64,000 nucleotides of DNA from Mobula hypostoma (taxonomy: Eukaryota): assembly GCF_963921235.1 (NCBI RefSeq), contig NC_086109.1, positions 5,954,001-6,018,000 of the forward strand, written 5' to 3'. A model generated the notes under the pieces. That model was given only the letters and a program-made list of their open reading frames with translations. It made no database searches and was not told the DNA's origin. The first letter of the stretch is position 1, and every line of letters begins with the position of its first letter. This document shows, one piece after another, positions 22,737-34,680 of this stretch. Made by a program: the position numbers and the translations under genes.

Positions 22737-23612
22737 TTTTGGGCAGATGGGGCTCATCAGCCGTGGTCAGCAGCTCATCTAGGAGAAGGAAGACTCGGAT
22801 CTCAAACCTCTGCTGCCTTGCCCATGGGAAAGGCTTCGGGAGTACACCCCGAGGAAAAATCTGGAGCTGGAATCTCTACATTGAGTTCCAACGCTGACTG
22901 GCAACTGTATCGGTCTCTGTCATTCCTTTGGCTTCATCAGGTGTGTGGAGAGGGGGAGCCCGCTACACTGGCAACAGCAGACATCCCACCTCTCCCGGAA
23001 CTTCCGGGAATCTCCCGCATATTAATAGTGGCTCCCTGATGCCCGCAAATTATATGCAATATCACGGAAATCAATTTTTTTGCGAGCGAGCGAGAGAAAA
23101 GCAAGAGAGAGCGCGAGAGCGACCACGAGAGAGAGCGCGAGCGAGAGAGGGAGAGAGAGCCAGCAAGACAGAAAGCAAACCAGAGCGCGAGAGCGCGCCA
23201 TGGCAGAGTGTTCCAAAAAATATATAAAACGTACGCCACCCCAGGCTACAATAAAGTGTCCCCTGCCTAATAAGGGTCAAAATAATGACAGTGTTGCCCG
23301 CTGCACTGTTTGCAACAGTGACTTTTCTATTGCCCATGGTGGGTTAAGACTGTAAAAGACATGTTGAGGTGAGTTTAACAGGTGTCATTCGTTCATTAGC
23401 ATAGCTAACGTTATTTAAACTAGCTGGCCAGCTGCTAAGGAGCTACTCTATTGCAGACATCCCACCTCTCCCGGAAGTCTCCCGCAAATTGATGGTGCTA
23501 CCTCCCTGAGATGAGTTTTTGCAGGGTGGGGTGTCGGGAACAGCCTGCTTAGTATAGTACACTGCCCTGGGAGGCAACGTCCATGCTCGACCCTGACTAA
23601 TGGAGGGCCTCA
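22737..23612 (+). repeat. Interspersed repeat, possibly RTE 5'UTR-related, hosting a hAT-like insertion
   Basis: Sequence is continuous across the insertion (actggcaacag | cctgctt). ctaggagaaggaa.actc..atctcaaacc resembles RTE 5'UTR motifs. Confidence 0.4.
22978..23537 (+). mobile_element. Non-autonomous hAT-like transposon with zinc-finger exon remnant
   Basis: TIRs CAGACATCCCACC and GGTGGGGTGTCGG (2 mismatches), flanks caacag / gaacag. Internal ARCTVCNSDFSIAHGG, frameshift, DCKRHVE, then a GTGAGT donor. Confidence 0.75.
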
Positions 23613-23896
23613 AACTAGGTATAATATTTTAGCTCTATGTTAACCTATGTCATGTTTATAATGTAGTGTGGGATTCCTGCATAAAGTTAACTTTAATGCT
23701 ACTTATATCCTGCATATATATGCCTAAACACTAAACTTAAACCTGAAAAACCATTGATGAGGACTTAATCAACATTTTAGGAACAGCTTATTCCCCTCCA
23801 CAATCAGATTTCTGAATGGACAATGAGCAGTACCTCTCTTTTTGCACTCACTTAATTTTTTAAATATATTTCTTATTACAATTTATACTATATTTT

Positions 23897-24268
23897 GGGT
23901 GGTAAGATGGAGATACGTCTCTACTAAGGGAGATGCAAGGCACTCCTTCACTCCGCTAGCCTGTAGTTCACCCTCAGGCAAGGTGTAGCACCTCCTTAGC
24001 GTCCTGATCAGGGTCACGTGAAGCCGTGGGATCAGGTGGTGGATGGTCGTATGAGCAGCTGGTGCATATCACAAGTCCTGGTTACGTGACAACTGACATC
24101 AGGCAGACATTCTCTGAAGAGTATTGATAATGGCTGGGGTCACCTGTCTTGTAAAGACACTGCCCAGAAGGCGGCAATGGCAAACCGCTTCTGTAGAAAA
24201 CTTTGCCAAGAACAATCACGGTCATGAGAAGACCATGATAGCCAACGTCATACAGTGCCGCACGTAAT
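23897..24268 (+). mobile_element. RTE-related SINE-like repeat
   Basis: Paralog of 2068-2410. Confidence 0.7.
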
Positions 24269-24436
24269 AAACAAGTGTATTTTATGTATTCATTATACTG
24301 CTGCTCTGAAACTACGAATCTCACAGTGATAGTAATAATTCCCAATTCTGACTCTAAAAAGAGCTTCATTAGGGAGAGGGCAGCACTGATCAAGGACTGA
24401 GGGAATTGATGCCTGGAGCCAGAGGAAGTGGATGAA

Positions 24437-24710
24437 GCACAGGGTAGCGTAGTGGTTAATGCAGCGCTATTACAGCAGGGGGCGCCAGAGTTGGGAGTTC
24501 AATCTTGTAAGGACTTTGTGTATCTTCCCAGCGGAATGTGTAGGTTTCCTCTGGATGCTCTGGTTTCCTCCCACAGTCCAAAGACGTACTGGTTGGTAGG
24601 TTAATTAGTCATTATAAATTGTCCCATGACTAGGCTGAGGTTAAATCAGGGGCTGCTGCCAGCACGGCTCGCATGGCCTATTCTGCGCCGCATCTCAAAA
24701 TAAAATAAAG
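24437..24710 (+). mobile_element. HE1-like V-SINE
   Basis: ggtagcgtagtggtt (A box), gagttcaatc (B box), V core and A-rich tail. Confidence 0.82.
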
Positions 24711-25461
24711 AAAAAGTATAAATAAATAGACAAATAGCTTGCATCAATGATTTTACCAAGGAGAAGGGCATGGAGGAAAGTGAGATCAGTATGGGGTATG
24801 CAGATATTTAGGCATGTTGCTAACAAGGGGGTGGAGGTGCTGGGTCTGATGAAGAACTTTAGGGTGATTAAGTCCCCAGGGCCTGATGGGACCCAGCCCG
24901 GGTTTTTACTTATTGAGCCTACAACTCACTAGGCCCAACTCGTACACCTTGTGGGATGTGAGAGGGAAACAGAACCATCCCAAGGAAACCTATATGGTTA
25001 TGGGGTGAACATACAAACTACTCGTGGCAGTGGTGGAAGTTGGACCCTGATCACTGGCTCTGAAGCAAGCTAACCGTTTCACCACCGTACCGCCCCAGAG
25101 AGAGGATCGCAGGGACCTTCTCCGAGATCTTTGTCTCCACTTTAGCCTCAGACCAACTCCTAGATTCTACCGCCCACCCACACTCCAGACCAATGCTGAC
25201 CAAACAACCTAATTGCACGTCTTCGGGTTGTGGGAGGGAACTAAAGCCGGCTGAGGTGGAGTGATGGTGAGATAGTGGAAGGACAGGGAAGGAGGGATCC
25301 CACAAGGTCACAGCAAGCTCCACCTGTGGAGAATACAAAAGAAAAAATCCCATAATGTCACCTGGGCACATTCTCCCTGGTGTTCAAGCGAAGGTTTATT
25401 TCTCAACCATAAAGAAAACAAGTTATTACATATTACATTTGTAACCACACAGAGATTCAAA

Positions 25462-25757
25462 CAAAAGGACATGAGTTGAGAGTTAAAGGGCAAAAGTTTA
25501 GGGGTAACATGAGGGGGAACTTCTTTACTCAGAGAGTGGTAGCTGTGTGGAACCAGCTTCCAGCAGAAGTGGTTGAGGCAGGTTCGATGTTGTCATTTAA
25601 AGTTAAATTGGATAGGTATATGGACAGGAAGGGAATGGAGGGTTGTGAGCTGAGTGCAGGTCGGTGGGACTAGGTGAGAGTAAGAGTTTGGCACGGACTA
25701 GAAGGGCCGAGATGGCCTGCTTCCGTGTTGTAATTGTTATATGGTTATATGGTTATA
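25462..25757 (+). mobile_element. CR1 3' fragment with (TATATGGT)n tail
   Basis: RVKGQKFRGNMRGNFFTQRVVAVWNQLP..FKVKLDRYMD. Confidence 0.9.
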
Positions 25758-28029
25758 CAGAGAGGGTTCCATCAGCGAATTATACCAGCTTTCAGACTAA
25801 TCTTGCAAGTAGTCCCCTTCCCTGTCCATTAATTCTCCCCATGTCTACCATCAGCACCTACAACTAGCATGGGCAAACAACTCACCAATTGGCATACTGT
25901 TGGGACGTGGGAGGGAATTGGACAGTAACAAATTTTGTCCAGATGAAGGGTCTCAACCCGAAACGTCAACTGTCTATTTCCTTCCCACAGATGCTGCCTG
26001 ACCCGCAAAGTTCTTCAACCTTTTTGTAAGCTGCTCTGCATTTCAGCATCTGCAGCCTCTTGTGTCTGTAACTAACTTACCGGTTTCAAACAGGTAGATA
26101 ATTCATTATGACCTTGATCAGTAACTCACCCTTTCCCTAAGACTCACAAAAAAAAATTGTACAGGCAGTCCCACTGAATCTGTCCTCAAAGTACGTTTAT
26201 TATCAAAGTGTGTATAGCATACACAACTTGAGATTTGTCTCCTCACAGGCAGCCACAGAACAAAGAAACCCAAATAGAACTCATTAAGCGAAGACCATCA
26301 AACACCCAATGTGCTTAACAAGAAACAACTGGAGCTCACAGGCACAAAGCCGGTCATTGCCGCAGCCAATCCAGGAGCCCATTCATCGCAGGCCGCAGGC
26401 TCAGTTCAGCGCGGAGACGAGTAAACCGGACACTTCACAGTGAGGTGAACCGGCCCGTCTCTCATCTCCGGCCCTGACCCCCTGACCCACAAACCGTTCA
26501 CACACTTGGGCCACTGCCGGGTTCGACAGAGGCAGCCTGACCTGCTGACTCGCCTCACTGCAACCATTAGGGAGGAGGCACACACTCAATGATTCTTCCC
26601 CTCCGCCATCAGATTCCGGAACAGTCCGTGAACACTACCTCACTGTTTTGCTCACTCGCGAACCAAGCGGGTACGACGGCTTCCCGAACTGGAATTGAAA
26701 TTAGCTCATCATATTCAAACATAGGTGGACAGCTCGTCTTGCAAGCGGCTCACACAGATCAGATTATTACAGGGTACGCTGAGGTAGAACAGAGTAAAAC
26801 AACAACAGAATGCGGAATAAAGTGTAACAGCTACAGAGACAGTGTGCTGCAAGCTTATAACGAGGTAGATTGAGAGGTCGGGAGTCTACCTTATCATACT
26901 TGGGGGACATTCAAGCCTTATAACCTCTCTCCCCTTCTCCCTCTGCCTCTCTCATGAGGTACGATGAAAAAATTGTCTTGCAAACTGTTCACACAGATCA
27001 AATCACTGAGGGAGAACAATAACCTTGCAGAATAAAGCATCACAGCTACGGAGAAAGTGCAGCTCAGGTAAAGATGTACCGTGCAAGGTCATAACGAGGG
27101 AGATTGTAGGGTCAAGAGTCCATCCAATCACACTGGGTAACATTACGTAGCCCCCTGATAACGGGGTTGAATCTGTCCTTGAGCTTTGGGGCTTCTGTAT
27201 CTTCTGCCTGACGGTGGAAGTGAGAGAATGTCGGGGGTGGGCGGGGGTCTTTGATCATGCTGGATGCTTCACTAAGGTGCAAGGGCCTCAGGACTCACCA
27301 CCGCCCGATTCAAGAACAGTTACTACCCCTCAAACCTCAGGTTGAACAACAGGGGTTAACTACACTCATCTACTAAGTTCCCACAACCAAAGGTCTCACT
27401 TTGACTCTTTATCTCATTACCTCATGCTCTCATTATTTATTGCTATTTATTTCTATTTGCACTTGCACAGTTTGTTGTCTTCTGCACTCTGGTTGATCTT
27501 TCACTGATCCAGTTATAGTTACTGTTCTGTAGGTTTGCTGAATATGCCTGCAGGAAAATGAATCTCGGGGTTGTATATGGTGACATATATGTACTTTGAG
27601 AAGTAGTGTACAGACAGAGACCGTGATGGACAGGGCTGGTTTCTCTGACGTGCAGTTGCTTGCGGTGATCGGCAGAATGGTTGCCATACCGAGCCATTAT
27701 GTATCCGGATAGGATGCTTTCTGCGGTGCATCGATAAAAGTTGATAAGGACAAAGAGGGATGTGTCGAATTTCTTTAGCCAGCTGAGGAAGTAGAGGCGT
27801 GGGCGAGATTTCATGGCTGTGACCTCAATATGGTTTCAGGGGATGGTGACGTTCAATCGCAGGAGCTTGAGATGCCTTTGATTATCAGTCAGGTTTGCAA
27901 ACAATTCCTCGTCTCCATTCAACAAGCATATACCCTCACACCGCTGGGCTCCAGGAACGCCATCGTTTGAATTTGAATTTAATTCTGAATTTATTTAAAT
28001 CTTATGTCTGTCCCACAACGTGAGGGAGT

Positions 28030-28535
28030 AAAAATCTTTGTGTTATGACAAGGTACAGACTTGTGAATTTATAAGTCTAGTGGCTTGTGGACAGGCACTG
28101 TCCCATTGCCTGTTGGTCCTGGTTTTAATGCCACCAGGCGGAAGCAGCTGGAACAGTTTATGGTTGGGGTGACCGGTGTCCCTGATGATCTTCCAGGCCT
28201 TCTTTCCGCACCTGCTGCTGTAAATGTCCTCAGTGGAGGGAAGTTCTCATCCACAGATGATCTAGGCTGTCCGTACCACTCCCAGCAGTGCCCAGCCATC
28301 AAGGTTGGCGCGGTTTCGATACCAGGCAGTGGTACAGCCAGTCAGGGTGCTCTAAATGGGGCCCCTGCAGAAGACCTTGAGGATTTGGGGGCTCGTGCTG
28401 AACCTCTTCAGTCGCCTGAGGTGGAAGAGACGCTGTTGTGCTTTTTCTTGCCACACAGCCGGTGTGTACAGTCCAGGTGAGATCTTCAGTGATGTGTATA
28501 TCGAGGAACTTGAAACTGCTCACCATCATCACGGT
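28030..28535 (-). mobile_element. Rex1/Babar-like LINE 3' fragment
   Basis: VSSFKFLDIHITEDLTWTVHT, then frameshifted RLFHLRRLKRF and HPNHKLF motifs. Confidence 0.8.
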
Positions 28536-30683
28536 AGGAGGAACAAGTCTGAAGAGGAGATGGTTTGCTTAAGGCATCAAAATAATATCAACATGAATTC
28601 CCAAAATCCCTTCTCAATGCATTATGTAATTATTCCTTGAACAAACACCTCTACTGAAAAAAAGAGATTTAATGTTGTAACACTTCCCAGAAAGTATTCA
28701 GCACGGACAAAGATTGATGTCACTGGGGCCTCCGTGGAGCCTCAGGCTGTGGAGATGTTGCTGGCTTCTCTCCCAACAGGAACCATCCCTCTGTTCTTGC
28801 CTGAAATTGCTGCCAAGCAGGGCGGGGCCCAGCATTAATTAGCAAGCACAAGGACATTTTTAAAATCATTTCCCATTTTGCAGGCTCTCAATGGGACGTA
28901 CAAAAATCAGAATTGTTGCTTACTTCCTCTTCTGGATGGACCTAGACCAGTGACCAGACGTCAGAGGCGTGGGAGATGAACACACCAGAGGGAGAGGGTT
29001 GCTCGAGATCAACTCTCCCCCCCGCCCCCCAACCAGAACATCACCAGCCCACTGCACCCTTACTGACACAGTCAGCCACTGGAAAACCAGGGAACACAGC
29101 TCACTCACCAACTTATCAACGACAGCTGGTTATGTAGACACAAAGCTTAAAGTGCTGATCAGATTTAGGTTCACTTGTTTTATCACAGACACATCGAAAC
29201 ACTCGGTGAAATGTGCAGTTTGTGCTAACAAGTCAATTTATGAGCGTGCAAGTGTCCCCACGCATTCCCGCGTCCACGCGGAATACCCACAATGCTCGGC
29301 AGAACAATATCAACAAAACCGGCAACCGCCAAAAGAGGCCAGTTCTTACCCTCCTGCGCACCCACCCACCCACCCAATCAGGCCACCAACCCCAGCACAG
29401 GCTGTCTCCGAGCCTCTAGTCCATGGCCTCAGACTCGTAGACATTAGCCTCCAACTTCACCGACCTCTGGCCATCGACCCCGGACTCGCTGGTAATGGTT
29501 TGATATCTGGGCCTAGACCCTAGGACTGCCCTCAAGTCATTTTCAACTCCTCCTATCATTCATACATACACATACGCTCCACCCTCACCATTCCCAACAT
29601 CCACTGCTCCCGCCAGGTTTACAAACTCGCTCTCCACTCCACGTTGACAAATACATTACTGTGGAAAAGCCTTAGGCACCCGAGCTATATATACTGTATG
29701 TGCCCAGGACCTTTGCACAGGACTGTGTGACTGAGCAATTACTGAAAGTGGAGAAAGAGGGGAAGCTAACTTGCTGATCTTAGGAATGAACGCATGTACG
29801 TACTTCGGACTTTTGAAATCAATAATGGGATGGGAGCACATCCGTTTGTGGGGCGCCTCTCAGTCGGATGCTCGTAACATGGGGAAGATCGGTATTTATT
29901 TACACAGTCATAAACAAGGCACTGAAGACGTAGGAATCTAGAGCAGAAAACCAAATTTGGAAGAACTCAATGCATTGAGCAGCGTCTGACCTGGGGGTGG
30001 GGGAGTGAGGGAAGAAGCAGCTATGGTACATTTCGTCAATCCTGATGCACGGTCTCGACTGGAAATGGGACCATTGCTTCACTTCTGTAGATGCTGCCTG
30101 ACCAACTGAAGGGGGTGCAGTGCTGGAGAGAGACAACAGTTCTAACTTACTGGGTGGTATGGGCCCAGCACCTACTTTACATGCAATCATAAAGAAAGTG
30201 TACCAGCCTCTTTACTTGAGTAAGGTTAAGCTTGTCACCAAACACTAACAAACAAATGACGTAGTTTAGAAAGTGTGCTCAATGTTGCATCACAGTCGGG
30301 GTGATACACAGGACAGTAGGTTATAGAGACAACATCGAGTGCATATCCCACCCCACCAAGTATCTGCAGGAGGTGCTACCTCAGCGAGATAGCATCCATC
30401 ATCAAAGCCCCAACCACTAAGACCAGGCCATCTTCTCACCATCGGGCAGGGGGTACAGAAGCCTGAAGTCCCACACCACCAGATCCAAGAACAGCTGCTT
30501 CCTTTCAACCATTCTGTTCTTGAACCAACCAGCACAACCCCAATCCCCACCATATGGCAAATCTATAACCGGTTTGCATTAAAATGGTCATTCTTTTCCT
30601 TGGCTCTAATCGTGCTCTTTCTCGTAAAGATCATGTATAATTTATATTTAATTTATACATTTTTTTGTAAATGCTGCTTGTAC

Positions 30684-32040
30684 AGCATCAGGAAATGTAT
30701 GGTCATGCACTTTGGTAGTAGGAATGAAGGCATAGACTATTTTCCAAACAGGGAGAAAAATTCAATCAACACACATCAAAGTTGCTGGTGAATGCAGCAG
30801 GCCGGGCAGCATCTCTAGGAAGAGGTACAGTCGACGTTTCAGGCCGAGACCCTTCGTCAGGACTACCTGAAGGAAGAGCTAGTAAGAGATTTGAAAGTGG
30901 GAGGGAGAGGGATCCAAAATGATAGGAGAAGACAGGAGGGGGAGGGATGGAGCCAAGAGCTGGACAGGTGATTGGCAAAGGTGATATGAGAGGATCATGG
31001 GACAGGAGGCCCAGGGAGAAAGAAAAGTGGGAGGGGGGAAACCCAGAGGATGGGCAAGGGGTATAGTGAGAGGGACAGAGGGAGAAAAAGGAGAGTGAGA
31101 GAAAGAATGTGTGTATAAAAATAAATAACAGATGGGGTACGAGGGGGAGGTGGGGCATTAGTGGAAGTTAGAGAAGTCAATGTTCATGCCATCAGGTTGG
31201 AGGCTACCCAGACGGAATATGAGGTGTTGTTCCTCCAACCTGAGTGTGGCTTCATCTTTACAGTAGAGGAGGCCGTGGATAGACATGTCAGAATGGGAAT
31301 GGGATGTGGAATTAAAATGTGTGGCCACTGGGAGATCCTGCTTCCTCTCAGGAGGTGCAAAGGGACTTGAGAGTCCTCATGCAGGGTTCCCTAAAGGTTC
31401 ACTTGTAAGTTAAGTCGGTGGTTAAGAAACCAAATGCAATGCTGGCATTCATTTTGAGAAGACTAGAATATAAAGGCAAGGATGTGATGCTGAGGCTTTA
31501 TGGGGTATTGGTCAGACCACACCTAGAGTACTGTGAGCAGTTTCGGGTTTCACATCTAAAAAAGAATCTGCTGGCATTGGACAGGGACAACAGGAGGCTT
31601 ACAAGAATTATTCTGGAAATGAAAGGGTGAGGAGTGTTTGACGGTTCTGAACCTGTACTCACTAGAATTTAGTGCGGAACTCACTGAGACCAAGGCCTAG
31701 ATCGAGTGGACAGAGAGAGGACGTTTCCTATAGTGGGTGAGTCTAGGACCAGAGGGCGCAGCCTCAGAATATAAAGATGTCACTTTAGAACAGAGTTGAG
31801 GAGGAATTTCTTTAGCCAGAGGGTGGTGAAGCTGTGGAATTCATTGCCACAGATCTGGTGGAGGCCAAGTCATTGGGTATATTTAAAGCGGAGGTCGATA
31901 GTTTATTGATTAATGACAGTATCAAGCGTCATGGGGAGAAAACAGCAGAAAAAAGGTTGAGATGGAAAATAAATCAGCGGGGCAAACTTGACAAGCCAAA
32001 TAGCCTAGTTCTGCTCTTATATCTCACGGTATTATATGCT
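30684..32040 (+). mobile_element. Degraded CR1 3' portion interrupted by Penelope (30766-31347)
   Basis: KCMVMHFGSRN, then VQRDL..ANAMLAFI-like, LYGVLVRPHLEYCEQF and TRGRSLRI. Confidence 0.85.
30766..31347 (-). mobile_element. Penelope-like element 3' fragment (GIY-YIG end plus pLTR with hammerhead motif at 30828-30865)
   Basis: Close match to 50440-51020. Confidence 0.92.
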
Positions 32041-32205
32041 GCCGGTGCATATGTAAGCTTATGTAGTGTACATGTAAGGCTCAGTGACTCAACTGTGACC
32101 TGACCCACTCTGATCCTGAGAATCTCAGCACTTGATGCCCACATTTAAACATAGTCAAACCCGGGTTTTAAGCTCCTCTGTTTCTCCCAGGACAGGCCGT
32201 GGACA

Positions 32206-32303
32206 CTGCCGCCCCCTTGTGGCCCTGACAGGTAGCGCAGCCCGACAAGCTGCAGCTCCAGCCACGCCGTTTCCACCCTGGTGCATGGCACCACCTGCTG
32301 GCC
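32206..32303 (-). promoter_or_regulatory. Two same-orientation CTCF-like motifs in a GC-rich unique island
   Basis: Minus strand GGCCACAAGGGGGCGGCAG (32206-32224) and GGCCAGCAGGTGGTGCCA (32286-32303), against the CTCF core CCASYAGRKGGCR. Confidence 0.55.
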
Positions 32304-33314
32304 GCTCAGCAGGCCTGCAGCCCGGACCCACGCTGAGTTCACAGTGAGTGGGCAGGCAGAGGTCCAACAGCATCTCTGGAGCATCCTGCAACCAAGCTGC
32401 GGTCCTCAGCCACGAGCCAGAAACGCTGCTGACACCAAGATGCAGAAAGTAAGACGTGGAAAGAATGCTAGGAGAGTGGAAGGCCGATTATGTGAGAGAT
32501 CCTGTCAACCTCTATTGCATCCTCAACATTCTGAAGTATGATCGATGTAAACCATACACAACCTTGACATTACCTTCTTGCAAGCGCAAACAAAACAAAG
32601 ACAGACAATAGAATCCATGTTAAACTACACACAACATACCAACAAACATCTGATGTACAAAAGAGGGCAAACGGTGCAAAACGGTTAAAAGACTAATGAT
32701 AATTGTTCTTCGACGCCAATTAAAGTGTCGAGGAGGATTGAAATCAACGAGGACGACAGCAGAAGGTGGGTGGGTGTTCAGCGCCATCTACCTGTGTGTG
32801 ACTGGTCTCCCCCTCCTTCACCGCTCCCAGAGGAAGGTACTGCCCGTGTACAAATGGTTTCTCTCTCTCTCCCTCTCGCTCGACACTGCCGGAGTGCTGG
32901 GTCTCGGGAAGGTTTAATCAACACGGTTTGCAGACTGGACTCTGTGCTTCACGTTATGATGCGTTCCTGGTTTCCGATCACTCCTTTTGTTGCTAGTTTG
33001 TGTGACTTTGATCGGGGCAGCCTGCAGATAACGAACGACAGGGCACTAAATAGAACTGAACTGAGCTGAACTGAATATACCTGGACTCTTTCAACGACTT
33101 TGGTGGTCTGGTGTTTTATATTCTCTGCTTCTCACTCGTTTTCTTTTTGCAATTTGCGCAATTTGTTCTTTTTTATGCGCACTGAGGGCTTGATGTTTTT
33201 CTTTGAATGGGTTCCATGGTTTCCTTTGTTTCGTGGCTGTCTGTGGGAAGATGAATCTCAGGGCTGTATACTGCAGACCTACTTTGATAATAAATGTACT
33301 TTTAATCTTTGAAA

Positions 33315-33945
33315 TAACTATTTACAGAGCATTTTTCATACAGATGTAATTCAAAGTGCTTTACAATGGGATAAAGTGCGAACATAAAAATAAAAGATGT
33401 TAGCTAAAAGCAAGGTTAAATGAATAGGTTTTGAACTGGAAGTTTAGAAGTGTCAACTTGTAGTATCCCTCATCAAAGTTGCTGGTGAACATAGCAGGCC
33501 AGGCAGCATCTATAGGAAGAGGTACAGTCGACGTTTCGGGCTGAGACCCTTCATCCTGACGAAGGGTCTCGGCCCAAAACGTCGACTGTACCTCTTCCTA
33601 GAGATGCTGCCTGGCCTGCTGCGTTCACCAGCAACTTTGATGTGTGTTGCTTGAATTTCCAGCATCTGCAGAACTCCTGGTGTTTGTAGTATCCCTTATA
33701 GTTTTAGGTATGAAGTTCCACAGTCCAGAAGTGTGGTTCAAAAAAACTGACCTGCCAATTATCTTTTGAGGAAGATTGTTTAAATTTAAGAGATGGCAGA
33801 AGAAGAGGTGAGAGCTCGATCAGTATTGTAAAACGAAACTGTTTTTGTGATGTACCTCAGTCCCAGACTACTGAGAGCTTTTAAAACAAGAGACCTTTAA
33901 AATCAATTCTAGAAGATACAGGAGGCCAATGCAGCGTAACCTTTG
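33315..33945 (-). mobile_element. Old L2 LINE 3' fragment, interrupted by a fold-back pLTR
   Basis: Paralogous to 46020-46420; LHWPPVSSRIDFK motif on the minus strand. Confidence 0.75.
33471..33683. mobile_element. Fold-back (palindromic) Penelope pLTR mini-element
   Basis: ~85-bp inverted arms with the apex at ~33555. 13-bp TSD TTGTAGTATCCCT (33458-33470, 33684-33696). Confidence 0.92.
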
Positions 33946-34118
33946 ACTCCCTTACTAATGTGCACAATATCACCTTGAGATTCATTTTCTTGCAGACGTT
34001 TACAGGAAAATGAAGAACTAGATTAGAATATATAAAAAAACTTCACATAAACAATGGGTGTGAGCAACCAATTTGCAAAAGACGACAAATTGTGCAAATA
34101 AAGAATAAATAATACTAA

Positions 34119-34680
34119 GGCTACGACCACACTACACCGGATAATTTTGAAAACGAAGCTTTGATAGTAGTAACACGAAGGTGGTTTACCTATTGATGCA
34201 AGTACTGCTCTGACAATAGATGTGTAACAGCCTAATGTAACGTTGTATGGAAATACAAGATAACACTGATGCAGACATGTTTTATACATTTAACAAGGTG
34301 CTTTATTAATGCAACAGAGTTAGTCGGTTTTTCAATGTTCGTCATCAGCCGGGTCATACTGTCCGTGAACTCCCTGTCGGTTGCCTCCATACGCTCCTGT
34401 ATTTGTTTTTTTTTTAGTTTTAAGTCCTCCTGCGCGAGAGCCAAGAGCAATTCCTTTTACATTTTTCTGCTCTGTAACTGGACAAACGTGCACTGAAAGT
34501 ATACCGTTTCCTCTTCACTTGTTTTCTGTGTGTCCTGCGCGTGCCCAGTAGGAGGAGATTCGCCCAAATATCCGTGTTAGTGTGGACAGAGATATTTTGA
34601 AAAACGCTTAGTGTGGACGCCTGTCCTTTTTACTTGAAACCGGGGTTTTCAAAATTATCCGGCGTAGTGTAGACGTAGCC
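34119..34680 (-). mobile_element. Non-autonomous PIF/Harbinger transposon
   Basis: ~36-bp TIRs GGCTACGACCACACTACACCGGATAATTTTGAAAAC and GTTTTCAAAATTATCCGGCGTAGTGTAGACGTAGCC. 3-bp TSD TAA. Internal coiled-coil-like ORF remnant at 34232-34450. Confidence 0.9.

Noticed and set aside
22358..22897. 179-aa ORF
   Set aside because: It runs across a Rex relic, an antisense Penelope fragment (~22585-22710) and another repeat, so it is a chance fusion.
26081..26136. Possible minus-strand 56-nt exon with a GTAAGT donor
   Set aside because: There are stop codons in all three frames and no other support.
28969..29523. 184-aa ORF
   Set aside because: No recognisable family, and the second half overlaps antisense repeat-like tails (gatttaggttcacttgttttatcac..).
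32191..32343. Possible + strand exon (tttctcccag acceptor, GTGAGT donor, one open frame)
   Set aside because: The peptide resembles no protein I recognise, I found no partner exons, and the GC content is accounted for by the CTCF-like motifs. It cannot be excluded without RNA-seq.
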